The notes under the pieces are model-generated. The model did not search any database. It worked only from the letters and a program-made list of their open reading frames with translations, and was not told where the DNA came from. A stretch of DNA of 27,156 nt from Myxococcota bacterium (GTDB lineage Bacteria > Myxococcota_A > SURF-8 > G963663525). Below are positions 10,101-18,445 of the stretch, piece by piece; position 1 is the first letter of the stretch, and each line of letters begins with the position of its first letter. Position numbers and translations under genes: made by a program. The stretch lies in contig CAXXVK010000071.1 of the NCBI GenBank assembly GCA_963676915.2, forward strand, positions 1-27,156. The letters run 5' to 3'.

Positions 10101-11743
10101 GAACGGAATGCGTAAATCAAGACTACTGTGACGGCTCCGGTTCTTGTGCCGACCATGGCTTTGTTGCTGTCAACACGGCCTGTGGCAATAGTCCGACCGA
10201 GTGTTCCGGGCAAGATACTTGTAACGGAGCCGGTACATGCCAAACCAATGATTTCGATACAAGTACGACCTGCGGAGACGATGGCAACGAATGCACCAAT
10301 CAAGACTACTGTGACGGCTCCGGCTCTTGCGCCGACAACGGATTTGCCGAAAATGGAACGGAATGTGATGATAACAACCCGGATACCAGTAATGATCAAT
10401 GTTTAGATGGAATCTGCCTTGGAGAAACTTGCACATGCGCGGAAGTGAATTCCTGTTGTGACGGTTGTTTCATCATCAACAACGGCGAATCGTGTACAAG
10501 TGACAATCTGGACTGTACGACGGATATTTGCGATGCAGGGGTCTGTACTCATCTACTGGTTGCCGATGTTTGCCTGATCGACAACCTTTGCATAGATACT
10601 GGTGCGTTGAACTCAGACAACGATTGTGAATCATGCCAGCCCGATCAACGTACAGACGCGTGGTCTTTCGTAGTGCAAGATACGCCTTGCGGTGAAGATC
10701 CGACGGATTGCTCAGGGCAGGACATATGTGACGGATTAGGTTCTTGTCAGCCGAATCACCTTGCTGAAAACACCCCGTGCGATGATTCAGATCTTTGCAC
10801 GTATTCCGACCAATGCGATGGCGAGGGCTATTGTAACGGAATTCAACACCTCTGTGAACCGGGTATCTGCGAGGTAGAATCGAATTGTGACGGTATGGGC
10901 GGTTGCGAGATGGTTTATTCGGACAACGGCGTTTATTGCGATGTGGCCGAAGAGGGACAGGAGCGTTGCTACGATGGCCAATGCGTATCGATCAATGATG
11001 GTGAAGTCTGTGACATGCCAATTCAACTCCAGGTGGATTCTCCAGAGAACTTCACGACGGATGGGATGATTAACGTGTTCACTCCGGATGAGCCTTGCAG
11101 CGAAGAGGCGCTTTTTGGCCCGGACATATTCTTCGAAGTTGATTTGCAGCCCGGAATCTATTGGATAACCGTCGATCCTGAAGATACAGCAGACCTGGCG
11201 ATAGTATTGATTGACTCCTGCGATCCTATTTCTTGTACCTACAGCCTCAATGGCGCTGGTCTTGGCGAAATGGAGTCCTATGGTCCAATCGTGGTGAATG
11301 GTGATCGCAACGAATCAACGGCTTTGTTCTCCATCGATTCTGTTTCCTATGAAACGGCTGGAAGCTTTGAGATTCTAGTTGAGAAGGAAGCCATCGTCGA
11401 CGGAGACGAAGATTTGGACTTGGAACCGGAGCAGGATGCGGAGTTCGAAGACGATCTCGATTCGGAAGATGATCTTGATCTAGACGACGATTTCGACCTG
11501 GACGAGAATCTGGACGAACCGACGGAAGCGGATGTCCATGAAAGTAGTCCAGACGGTGATATCGAGGAGGACAGGGATAATACCCCCGATGGCGATCCAA
11601 ACAATGAAGATATCGCCGATTTGGATGATGAAGCTAGTGTCTTCGGTGGTGGCGGTGGATGTCATACAACGGAGAATGTAGGCGTATTGCTTCTGGGGCT
11701 TCTCTTATGCTTTGTCTGGATTTACAGAAGGCAATGGAGATGA
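7163..11743 (+). CDS. Giant secreted Cys-rich surface protein: disintegrin-like/EGF-like repeats, CSLREA domain plus beta-helix, choice-of-anchor Q-like motif, Cys-rich tandem repeats, PPC-like domain, acidic linker, GGGGGC-TM-basic anchor
   Basis: GGAGG RBS at 7151-7155 before ATG 7163, signal peptide MNRQAFKKK...SHA, DCSLREAIQAAN, GG(A/G)I and FxxN repeats, LLPSSPALDAG...DQRG..RP...CDIGAVE, C-terminus GGGGGCHTT-hydrophobic-RRQWR. Confidence 0.85.
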   Translation: MNRQAFKKKQIFILTGFICFLLLVPFLSMSHAISFDYPLCDSEVATRPEAKLCDVEEKLDGAGSCPQDIFKASTVVCNPGSGDICDSDETCTNSSADCPQDRFQPQTKVFLAGSGDPYDPDERCTGNAGEACPAEAYEYDETECDDGNLCTFDDIFTSGVCSGTPYACNGHGTCLGDGTCECDSGWNGDKCDTAICSPACVNGSCTMPDTCSCDSGWYGDVCDSAGETIVVTTTTDELGSGEDCSLREAIQAANTNAAYGGCSTGGGTEIIIIPAGTYMLTRYGKGEDSNATGDLDIRNSMTLVGDDEGGTIIDGGYGTIGSPDRVFHVVYSSYEVVFQHLTIQNGRLNGTNDAGGGILNQGELTLQSCIVENNYAYFGGGGLYGSDYYAIPSSTYIEDCRFEGNATHGYGGALGITYSSDAYVTSSFFTSNTATNGAGAIHNYTGSLEIETSSFVQNTAPNGGAILSNGSHAYVVNTTFSGNEATYRGGAFYGASANGVKLAMVTISDNYSEILGGGLYLSGGSATLHGCLISGNRATSGPDVYGTLTAVSDYNLVSDTSNASGLDCATLHNVCDLATANLTSLDTSADLPFFGLLPSSPALDAGDCLDYNGNPVATDQRGRTRPFPVLGHCDIGAVENGFAYGDDCDSDSDCDGIGICTDNVCCPLCTDNGSCSMDTGLCACDTGWAGVLCNICDEGYYGTDCESCPACSHGSCNDGNEGDGGCTCDVGWEGDLCDSAICDLTCIHGSCTAPDTCTCLEGYDGDTCEECAEGYNNYPDCVMDPCYDADCSEFDRDCTEGVCIDNGDGTHRCEANPINVGLDCGDGPTECSGQDTCDGSGTCQPNDFDTSTMCGDAGTECVNQDYCDGSGSCADHGFVAVNTACGNSPTECSGQDTCDGSGTCQTNDFDTSTTCGDDGTECVNQDYCDGSGSCADHGFVAANTACGNSPTECSGQDTCDGAGTCQPNDFDTSTTCGDDGTECVNQDYCDGSGSCADHGFVAVNTACGNSPTECSGQDTCNGAGTCQTNDFDTSTTCGDDGNECTNQDYCDGSGSCADNGFAENGTECDDNNPDTSNDQCLDGICLGETCTCAEVNSCCDGCFIINNGESCTSDNLDCTTDICDAGVCTHLLVADVCLIDNLCIDTGALNSDNDCESCQPDQRTDAWSFVVQDTPCGEDPTDCSGQDICDGLGSCQPNHLAENTPCDDSDLCTYSDQCDGEGYCNGIQHLCEPGICEVESNCDGMGGCEMVYSDNGVYCDVAEEGQERCYDGQCVSINDGEVCDMPIQLQVDSPENFTTDGMINVFTPDEPCSEEALFGPDIFFEVDLQPGIYWITVDPEDTADLAIVLIDSCDPISCTYSLNGAGLGEMESYGPIVVNGDRNESTALFSIDSVSYETAGSFEILVEKEAIVDGDEDLDLEPEQDAEFEDDLDSEDDLDLDDDFDLDENLDEPTEADVHESSPDGDIEEDRDNTPDGDPNNEDIADLDDEASVFGGGGGCHTTENVGVLLLGLLLCFVWIYRRQWR
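9632..10363 (+). repeat. Intragenic tandem repeat, 4 x 183 bp (61 aa)
   Basis: TGCCGACCAT recurs at 9781, 9964 and 10147. Unit is CG.SPTECSGQDTCDG.GTCQ.NDFDTSTTCGDDGTECVNQDYCDGSGSCADHGFVA.NTA. Confidence 0.95.
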
Positions 11744-12042
11744 GTTTGAAAATGATTGCTGCATAAGGCTTCAAGTAAACGCTCTTGAACTTTTTCGATC
11801 CAAAGTAAAAGATCCTTTGCTTTGAGGTTGAGATAGTTAAGAATGTTTTACTAAAGGAGGTCGCTTGAAACGGGTGACTGGACGATACGAAGAAAGCAGT
11901 GTTGCGGGCGAGACGGTATCTTTGCTTCGTCGGGTCGCGGTCATGATCTATTTGCCCTATTCGTCAAGAGCTTTCCCACATGGCATTCTATAGTTGATCA
12001 ATTCATGGATAGAAGCACAATCCTCTGCAAAATCGTCACAGA

Positions 12043-13101
12043 TCAACGTCCGCGCAATTGAAAAACTTTACCTTGGTAACGCACTCGTTTGTTTTCAGGA
12101 ATCTCGATTTCTTCAAGCTGCTCAACCCAAGGCGAATCGGCTAGTTTTTCCTTGATGCTTTCACTGACGAAAACGACATTATCGGTCTTTTTCGTCATTT
12201 TCGCAGCAAGTGAATAGAGTCCTGCCGCAGTATTGATATCTTTTCCGTATAACGCAGAGCGGTAGTGATACAAATCGCCATGATGGATGCCGATGGTTAA
12301 ACGGTTTTTTTCATATTTGGGATCGCCCTTGCGGAATTCATCCCATAGCTTGTCAATATTCGCGATCGCCTCCATAGCCAATACGGTTTCGGGAAACGTC
12401 ATGAAATAGCAATCGCCCATAATCAGCCGTATCGTTCCTCCGTGCTCCTGACAGGTTTGGGTATGCACACGATCCAGATTGTTGAGGATGTTTTCCACCT
12501 CGGAAACGCCATGTTCCAAGGAAAAAGTAGTGTAGTCGCTCATATCCGTAAATACAATGGCTTGATCTTTGACGATGCGGGTGCGGTGTTCTCGATTGAT
12601 GCGGAAAATCCGTTCCGGTTTGTTGATGCCTTTCAGGTTGTATTCCCCTACAAAGCGGGTTTGCACTTCAGCACGGTTCAACGACATCCAGGCCGCTTCG
12701 GAAAGATATACTTCATCGGCAGGTGTGAGGCTCTCGATTCTGGCCGTCATATTGACCGTTTCGCCAAAAATATCTTCGTCGGCAAAAAGGATATCACCAG
12801 CCGTGATAACGATCCGTACGGCAAGTCTGTCTTCATCGCCACGTCCTGCCTGCTGAGCCAAAAGATCGTCCTGAATTTCAAGTGCACAAATCGCAGCCTT
12901 GGTCACACTGGAAAAGACGATCCAAAACGAATCGCCTTCTCCCTTGATGATCGAACCTTCATACGCTGCTACTTTTTCACTGATGAAAGCCTTGTGTTCT
13001 TTCAGCAACTTCCCAAGATCGAAGGCATTCATCATACCGACCTTGGTGGTATAGCCACGAATGTCGGTCTTCATGACGGCGGATAGTTTAAGGCTTTTCA
13101 T
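12043..13101 (-). CDS. Class III adenylate/guanylate cyclase with two tandem catalytic domains and no sensor or TM domain
   Basis: Domain 1: TDIRGYT, KGEGDS, DIFGETVNMTARIE. Domain 2: FTDMSDYT, LIMGDC, IGIHHGD, LYGKDINTAAGL. GAGG RBS. Confidence 0.88.
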   Translation of the reverse strand: MKSLKLSAVMKTDIRGYTTKVGMMNAFDLGKLLKEHKAFISEKVAAYEGSIIKGEGDSFWIVFSSVTKAAICALEIQDDLLAQQAGRGDEDRLAVRIVITAGDILFADEDIFGETVNMTARIESLTPADEVYLSEAAWMSLNRAEVQTRFVGEYNLKGINKPERIFRINREHRTRIVKDQAIVFTDMSDYTTFSLEHGVSEVENILNNLDRVHTQTCQEHGGTIRLIMGDCYFMTFPETVLAMEAIANIDKLWDEFRKGDPKYEKNRLTIGIHHGDLYHYRSALYGKDINTAAGLYSLAAKMTKKTDNVVFVSESIKEKLADSPWVEQLEEIEIPENKRVRYQGKVFQLRGR

Positions 13102-13243
13102 GTTTTCTTTCCTCTCTTCAAGGATTGTTTACATGTAAGCGTTTGCTCTTTTTCTCCTTACTCTTCCACCATCGTAACAGCCATCACCTGTTGGAGTTTG
13201 TCGAAATCCGGTTGTACGGCCAATACGCCAGAGATTCTCTTGG

Positions 13244-16200
13244 TCAGTTATTTCTACAGCAAAGGACGCCCGCCACGTCATCGCTGATGTTTCCACAGCC
13301 GTTGGAAGAAGATCCTGTGATGTGTGTTTCTCCAGACCATAGACCGCTTTTGCAATCTCCTTCGCTAATATTGACTCCACATGCAATTGCTTCGGAACAT
13401 GAATTATTAGTTAGACAACCGTAAGGTTCGGTATAGCTGCATGTGCCGCTCGTGCAATGGGAAGACGCCGCCGCGAAAACACCCTCTCCCGCTGTATCCG
13501 AATTGCAATCATCTGCCGAAATCCTGTCGCTTAGGTCCGCGCTTAGGCCGTTTTTCATGCAGATATGCCAGCCTTCGGCGCAGAGATCCTCGGCAGTCGG
13601 GCATATCACATCCAGGCTGTTTCCGCATGTCGTGTTGCTTCGTGTGGCGCGTAGGTTGCGATCGGTGAAATCTCCGGCGCAGGAGGCGATGCCCGGAAAT
13701 TCCAATTCATTTACGAAACCTTCACGGGAGTTGTCGGAACAACCAGGATTAACCGCTGGAAAGATGATTTCAACCATCGGTTCTGCCTCTTCCAAGGGGC
13801 GCACATATATCCAATCTAGGTAGCATTCCGAATCCCATGGATTTCGGAATTCAATAGTTTGCCAGGGGCTTATCGCAGTCCAAGTTTTTGGCATAACTTT
13901 ACCACTCAAACTATCATCCTCTGAACTGATAACATGGGTTTCGGTTTCGTAAAAGGCATATTCCAAGCCGTGCCAGGAGCCTTCCGATCCCGGTGGGGGA
14001 ACCTCAGTAAAACTACAACCGAAGTCTGGGCATTCAGTGCCGTGCCAATCACCTTCATTATTTCCGGCGAGGAAGAAAACTGAAACATCATTGTTGCGAA
14101 GTTCGATCACGCAAGTAGTGTATCCATGTCCGCTGGTGTTTAATTGCTGTCGAAACTTTACAGCATTTCCAGGTACTTGCCATTCTGAAAAAGTGGTATA
14201 TGCTCCCTCTGCGGCGGTCTGCGTTTCAATGGTTAATTGAGTATTTTCCGTATCGACCAACAGTCCACTGCTTACGTTGTCTAATGGCACCCACTCCCCG
14301 CTTGCCAGCACGTCCGTGTCGAAATCCTCGAAATAGGTAAAAATCGCTTCCGGGTTCGGAGAGATCACCCCGCCCGTATTCCACCATAAAAGGAATTCCG
14401 TGCCGGTTTCCTGCATTTCGGGCGGGAGACCAACCCACACGGCGAACCCGTGTTCCGTCTCCGAAATCGCCTCCACCCAATAATCCATCGATTCGCTGAG
14501 GGCGATGTCAGATTTATCTTCCGGTAGCGGTTCGTCCGGTTGCAGGAAGATTTCGAGGCGCACGGGATACACCGCCTCCTGGACCTCCATGCCACCGATC
14601 GCCACTTTCCGAGCCGGTTTGCATCCCTGTATCGTAGTGAATCCCAAGACCGATTCGAGCGTACAAGTCGTTCCAACATCGATACACGCATCTCCGATAC
14701 CGTCGTGATCGAAATCCTCCTGTTCCGGGTTGGCCACCAGCGGGCAGTTGTCGTCGCAGTTTGTGTCTTCGGGACCATCGCACGGATGGTCGCCCGAGGC
14801 CAGCGAGCCGTCGCCGTCGTCGGGGATGCCGTCGCCGTCCGAGTCCAGCGGGTCGCCGCTTGGGTCGGTCAAGGCTCCCAACTGGTGGGACGCTAACGGG
14901 TAGTGCAGGAATTCGTCGGGGGCGAGGGCGCGGTTCATGATGCGGACGGAGTCGATGAGGCCATGGAAATGAAACGAATTTTCAACTTTTCCGAGATAAA
15001 TGGGTGTTGTTGTGAAATCGGGTTCGCCAGATTCGATTTCGTACGTTTCCATGATGTGATCTGTCGAAAGATAAAACGTATTCTGTTGATATCCACCGGA
15101 AATTGTGTGTGGATCTGTGTCCAAGACTTCCGAATACTCCCTGAAATAATCGCCATCGCTTTCATCTTCGAATTGAGTACGCCATGCTCCGGTATTGTTT
15201 GTTGACAGCATATAATTTCTGTGTTCCGTGGAACTGGCCCATAGCCCTTTATGCAAAATAATACCAATATCATTCATGAATGATTCGATATCGATAGCTG
15301 CTTCCATATTGAACGCTTTGAGGTTCAAAGAATCATCATGTGAGATGATGACCCCATCATCCACCCCATCGAACTCCAGAGCCGTTCCTTCACGCCCTGC
15401 CACCCACTGGGGCGGGCCATCCGTGCCTTCGAGCGTCCCGTTATTTTTATTCGTGCTCGAATCTACGGCAATGGTCCCCGCCCCCTCGTTAAACCGCCAC
15501 CAACCCGCGTAACCGGTGCATTCGGAGAGCAGGCCGGTGCAGGTTCGGAAATTTTCGCGGTAGGCGTGATGGGCGAGTTCCACCGGGCGCAGGCGGGCGT
15601 CGGGATCGGCCCAGTGCAGCGCATAACTCAGCCACGAAAAAGGCCCGTCGGAGCCACCTTGGGAGTCCAGAGGCTCCGTATGCGCCAGGAATCGCAGGGT
15701 CGGAAGGTTCGGGTGAGCGCGCCGGTAGATGTATTCCGGGGTTTTTGCAACCGAGTGGATGAGGAGATCGTCGATGGTTCCATGGAAATAATAACTATTA
15801 GTCGTTCTACAACCGATAGAAAAACGATCATCACTGATTAGTGGACCGGTTGGGTCACTACCGAGTATTGATTCCTCAGTTTCTAATAATTGTCCATCCA
15901 AATAAAGAATAAGATCGTTAAAATCAGTACGTACAAGCGCAACATGATGATAATGATTTTTTGAAAAGGTTATAGGATTTGAGTCAATCACTTTTTTGTT
16001 ATTATCGGTATCTCTAAAACCTGCCGATAGGTATCCATTGTTATCGTAAAGTATAAACAAATTGGCTCCATTTACGGGTAAACCACGATAAACAAGATCT
16101 TGGCGATTTGCATTCAAATCGAGTGTTTCTTTTGGCGAAAAATACAACTCAACGGTAAATTCCGTTAGACCGTTCATGATGTTTCCATCTAGGCCAATCT

Positions 16201-18442
16201 TTGAGTATTGTCCGTCGAATCCCATTCCTCCATTTTTATCCCCAAATCTTCCGTAGGTAGCGACAGCGCCGACATTGGTTCCATCATGCTCATTTCCACT
16301 CGAATCGACCCCATCCCCATCCAGTTTCCAATACCCCACAACCCCGCACAAATCCTCGCGGTCGGCGATGTGAGGAATTTCCGCCGGGTCGAGGTCGTCG
16401 TATTCCGCCGGGCAAGGTGTGTCGGAATGCGGACGCGGGCCGAGGATTTCATGAGGGACCAAATGCTCGTCGCTGGCCGCTGGTAGCTGGTCGCTGGTTT
16501 CGGTGATACGGAGGTCGTCGAAGTCGTCCTGTGCGCCGGGAACGTGTTTCGTGCCGTAGGGGGCGCGGGAATCGTAGTAGGCGCGGATTTCGTCAGGAGA
16601 AAGGGCGCGGTTGAAGAGGAGGACTTCGTCGATGGAGCCGTCTAGAGGTTGAGTAGAATCTGTCTTGCCTATTTTAAATGATGGAATACTTTCAGTTTGA
16701 TTTTGCAATGAAGAAAATTGGGCGAAATCTTTCTCAACCAAATTACCATTTACAAACCAGGATTGACTATTCTGATCTAGAATGACAGATATGTGATACC
16801 AGCGATTGAGTTCAAACTGATAACTTTCAACACCTACCTGAGTCCACTCAGCACAACCGTTATTACCAGAACAGTATCCAATTCCCAATTGAATTTCACC
16901 ATTTGAAGAGAAGAACAGTAACTCAAACATTCCATTTCCTGGACTAGCACTTCCTAAAAGTGCCGCATACTCCGAGAAATCATTCAAAAATACCCATAAA
17001 GATATCGAAAGATTCGACAAACCAAGGAATGTTTCATATGAGATATTTGTATCTAAGTACGTTGATTCTCCATCAAACACCATCGCCCCATCCGTATCCC
17101 CAAACGCGCCCTCACTTGCCGTCGGAGCGGGATCGGACAAGGTTCCATCATTCCCATTCCCCGAATAATCCCGAGCCTCGCCGTTATCCAACTTCCAATA
17201 CCCCACCACGGAATCGTCCAGAATCCCGTTGACGAGCGGCAGCTCCACCGGCTCGTTCGTGCGTCGCCAGGTGGAATTTTCTCCATTTTCCGAGAGTGTG
17301 ACCGACCGTTGTGCGCCGAATTCCGCGCTATAGGTACTCCAGGCTTCGCAAAGACTCGGATCGTTGTCCGGGTTCCAGACGGTCGGGCAGGTGTCGGCTT
17401 CGACAGGGTCGCAGTCCGGCGAAAAACACACGCCGTCGTGGTCGTAATCGGGTTCGGCTTCCAGGCAGTTGCCGTCATGCACGAACAACCCGGCTTCGGT
17501 GTCGCAGACCTCGCACAGATCGCCCGACCAGCGGTGATCGCAGCCGCTGCAGGTGCCGTCACCCGCGCAGGTGCCGCCGTGTAGGCAGGTATAGGAGGCT
17601 CCCTCGCACACTCCGCCGGTGCCACAGGCGTCGTCGGTGCTGCACGAGTTACCATCGTCGCAAGGTCCGGTAGTCAGTACCGTCCAGGCATCGTTGCGGT
17701 TGATCGGCGTGCAGATCCGGCAGGAATCGTCACCCGACAAGCCTTGCAGCGCGTTTTGTTCAACACAGGCGGAATCGATATAACAGCCGGAAAGGATTTC
17801 GTCCACCACGCAAGCCCCGGACTCGCAGACTTCGGCGACGCAATCCGTTCCATCGGCATCGCAGGTGTTTTGGTCGTCGTTGAGTTCCACGCAGTCGTTT
17901 TCGACGCACGCAAGGCTCGTACAGGGATTTGCATCCTCGGTAACATCCTCGCAGCCCGTCTCATCGATGCAATCGACACACGCCCCGCTCAAGCATTGGT
18001 CCTGCGCTCCACAGGCGGTGCCGTCCTCGACGGGCGAACAGCCGTCCGGGCAGCAGGTCGAAACACCGGAACAGGCGCATTCCGGCTCGATTTCTTCCGT
18101 TAGGTCATCGAGGTCAGCATCTTGTTCCGTCGTGTCGTCGGAGTCGTCTTCCGTGGCGTCGTCGAGATCGGTATCCGGGATTTCGTTCACATCCAAATCC
18201 GTGTCGGCATCGCTTTCACCGGGATCATCGGTTTCGTCATCCAGGTTTTCCAAATCCACGTCACCGTCACCCATGCAGGATTCCAGGCAAACACCCTCGC
18301 AGCAGGTTAAAGTTCCGTTGCAGGTATCGTTGCCGAAACAGGGATCTCCCAGGCCACCGTAGTCGCCAAGGCTCCAGGAGTCGCATGCGCTGAAAACCAG
18401 AAGATGAACCAACAGTACACAACAGACGATCGAAGTACGCAT
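13244..18442 (-). CDS. 1732-aa surface lipoprotein: acidic linker, Cys-rich repeats, thrombospondin type-3-like repeats, 3 LamG/concanavalin-like domains, DUF2341-like segments, Cys-rich C-terminal domain
   Basis: Lipobox FSA-C20. G(Y/W)W(K/R)(L/F)...D.S.N.N.GT...FDG...G.ID three times. DSDGDGIPD and DNCP.VANP.QED.DHDGIGDAC. DDLRIT, YWVE...VWV, FEDFD and DWIYVR motifs. Confidence 0.85.
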   Translation of the reverse strand: MRTSIVCCVLLVHLLVFSACDSWSLGDYGGLGDPCFGNDTCNGTLTCCEGVCLESCMGDGDVDLENLDDETDDPGESDADTDLDVNEIPDTDLDDATEDDSDDTTEQDADLDDLTEEIEPECACSGVSTCCPDGCSPVEDGTACGAQDQCLSGACVDCIDETGCEDVTEDANPCTSLACVENDCVELNDDQNTCDADGTDCVAEVCESGACVVDEILSGCYIDSACVEQNALQGLSGDDSCRICTPINRNDAWTVLTTGPCDDGNSCSTDDACGTGGVCEGASYTCLHGGTCAGDGTCSGCDHRWSGDLCEVCDTEAGLFVHDGNCLEAEPDYDHDGVCFSPDCDPVEADTCPTVWNPDNDPSLCEAWSTYSAEFGAQRSVTLSENGENSTWRRTNEPVELPLVNGILDDSVVGYWKLDNGEARDYSGNGNDGTLSDPAPTASEGAFGDTDGAMVFDGESTYLDTNISYETFLGLSNLSISLWVFLNDFSEYAALLGSASPGNGMFELLFFSSNGEIQLGIGYCSGNNGCAEWTQVGVESYQFELNRWYHISVILDQNSQSWFVNGNLVEKDFAQFSSLQNQTESIPSFKIGKTDSTQPLDGSIDEVLLFNRALSPDEIRAYYDSRAPYGTKHVPGAQDDFDDLRITETSDQLPAASDEHLVPHEILGPRPHSDTPCPAEYDDLDPAEIPHIADREDLCGVVGYWKLDGDGVDSSGNEHDGTNVGAVATYGRFGDKNGGMGFDGQYSKIGLDGNIMNGLTEFTVELYFSPKETLDLNANRQDLVYRGLPVNGANLFILYDNNGYLSAGFRDTDNNKKVIDSNPITFSKNHYHHVALVRTDFNDLILYLDGQLLETEESILGSDPTGPLISDDRFSIGCRTTNSYYFHGTIDDLLIHSVAKTPEYIYRRAHPNLPTLRFLAHTEPLDSQGGSDGPFSWLSYALHWADPDARLRPVELAHHAYRENFRTCTGLLSECTGYAGWWRFNEGAGTIAVDSSTNKNNGTLEGTDGPPQWVAGREGTALEFDGVDDGVIISHDDSLNLKAFNMEAAIDIESFMNDIGIILHKGLWASSTEHRNYMLSTNNTGAWRTQFEDESDGDYFREYSEVLDTDPHTISGGYQQNTFYLSTDHIMETYEIESGEPDFTTTPIYLGKVENSFHFHGLIDSVRIMNRALAPDEFLHYPLASHQLGALTDPSGDPLDSDGDGIPDDGDGSLASGDHPCDGPEDTNCDDNCPLVANPEQEDFDHDGIGDACIDVGTTCTLESVLGFTTIQGCKPARKVAIGGMEVQEAVYPVRLEIFLQPDEPLPEDKSDIALSESMDYWVEAISETEHGFAVWVGLPPEMQETGTEFLLWWNTGGVISPNPEAIFTYFEDFDTDVLASGEWVPLDNVSSGLLVDTENTQLTIETQTAAEGAYTTFSEWQVPGNAVKFRQQLNTSGHGYTTCVIELRNNDVSVFFLAGNNEGDWHGTECPDFGCSFTEVPPPGSEGSWHGLEYAFYETETHVISSEDDSLSGKVMPKTWTAISPWQTIEFRNPWDSECYLDWIYVRPLEEAEPMVEIIFPAVNPGCSDNSREGFVNELEFPGIASCAGDFTDRNLRATRSNTTCGNSLDVICPTAEDLCAEGWHICMKNGLSADLSDRISADDCNSDTAGEGVFAAASSHCTSGTCSYTEPYGCLTNNSCSEAIACGVNISEGDCKSGLWSGETHITGSSSNGCGNISDDVAGVLCCRNN

Positions 18443-18445
18443 AAT

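Noticed and set aside
9632-10363. Possible CRISPR array
   Set aside because: Units are contiguous, in frame and lack unique spacers. No cas genes are present.
9236-10399. 387-aa repetitive minus-strand ORF and other ORFs opposite the giant genes
   Set aside because: Antisense shadows of the 183-bp coding repeat and of biased Cys/Asp/Gly codon usage.
12043-13101. Pycsar-type anti-phage pyrimidine cyclase
   Set aside because: The ATP-specifying Lys/Asp pair is present in domain 1, and there is no adjacent cNMP-binding TIR or TM effector gene.
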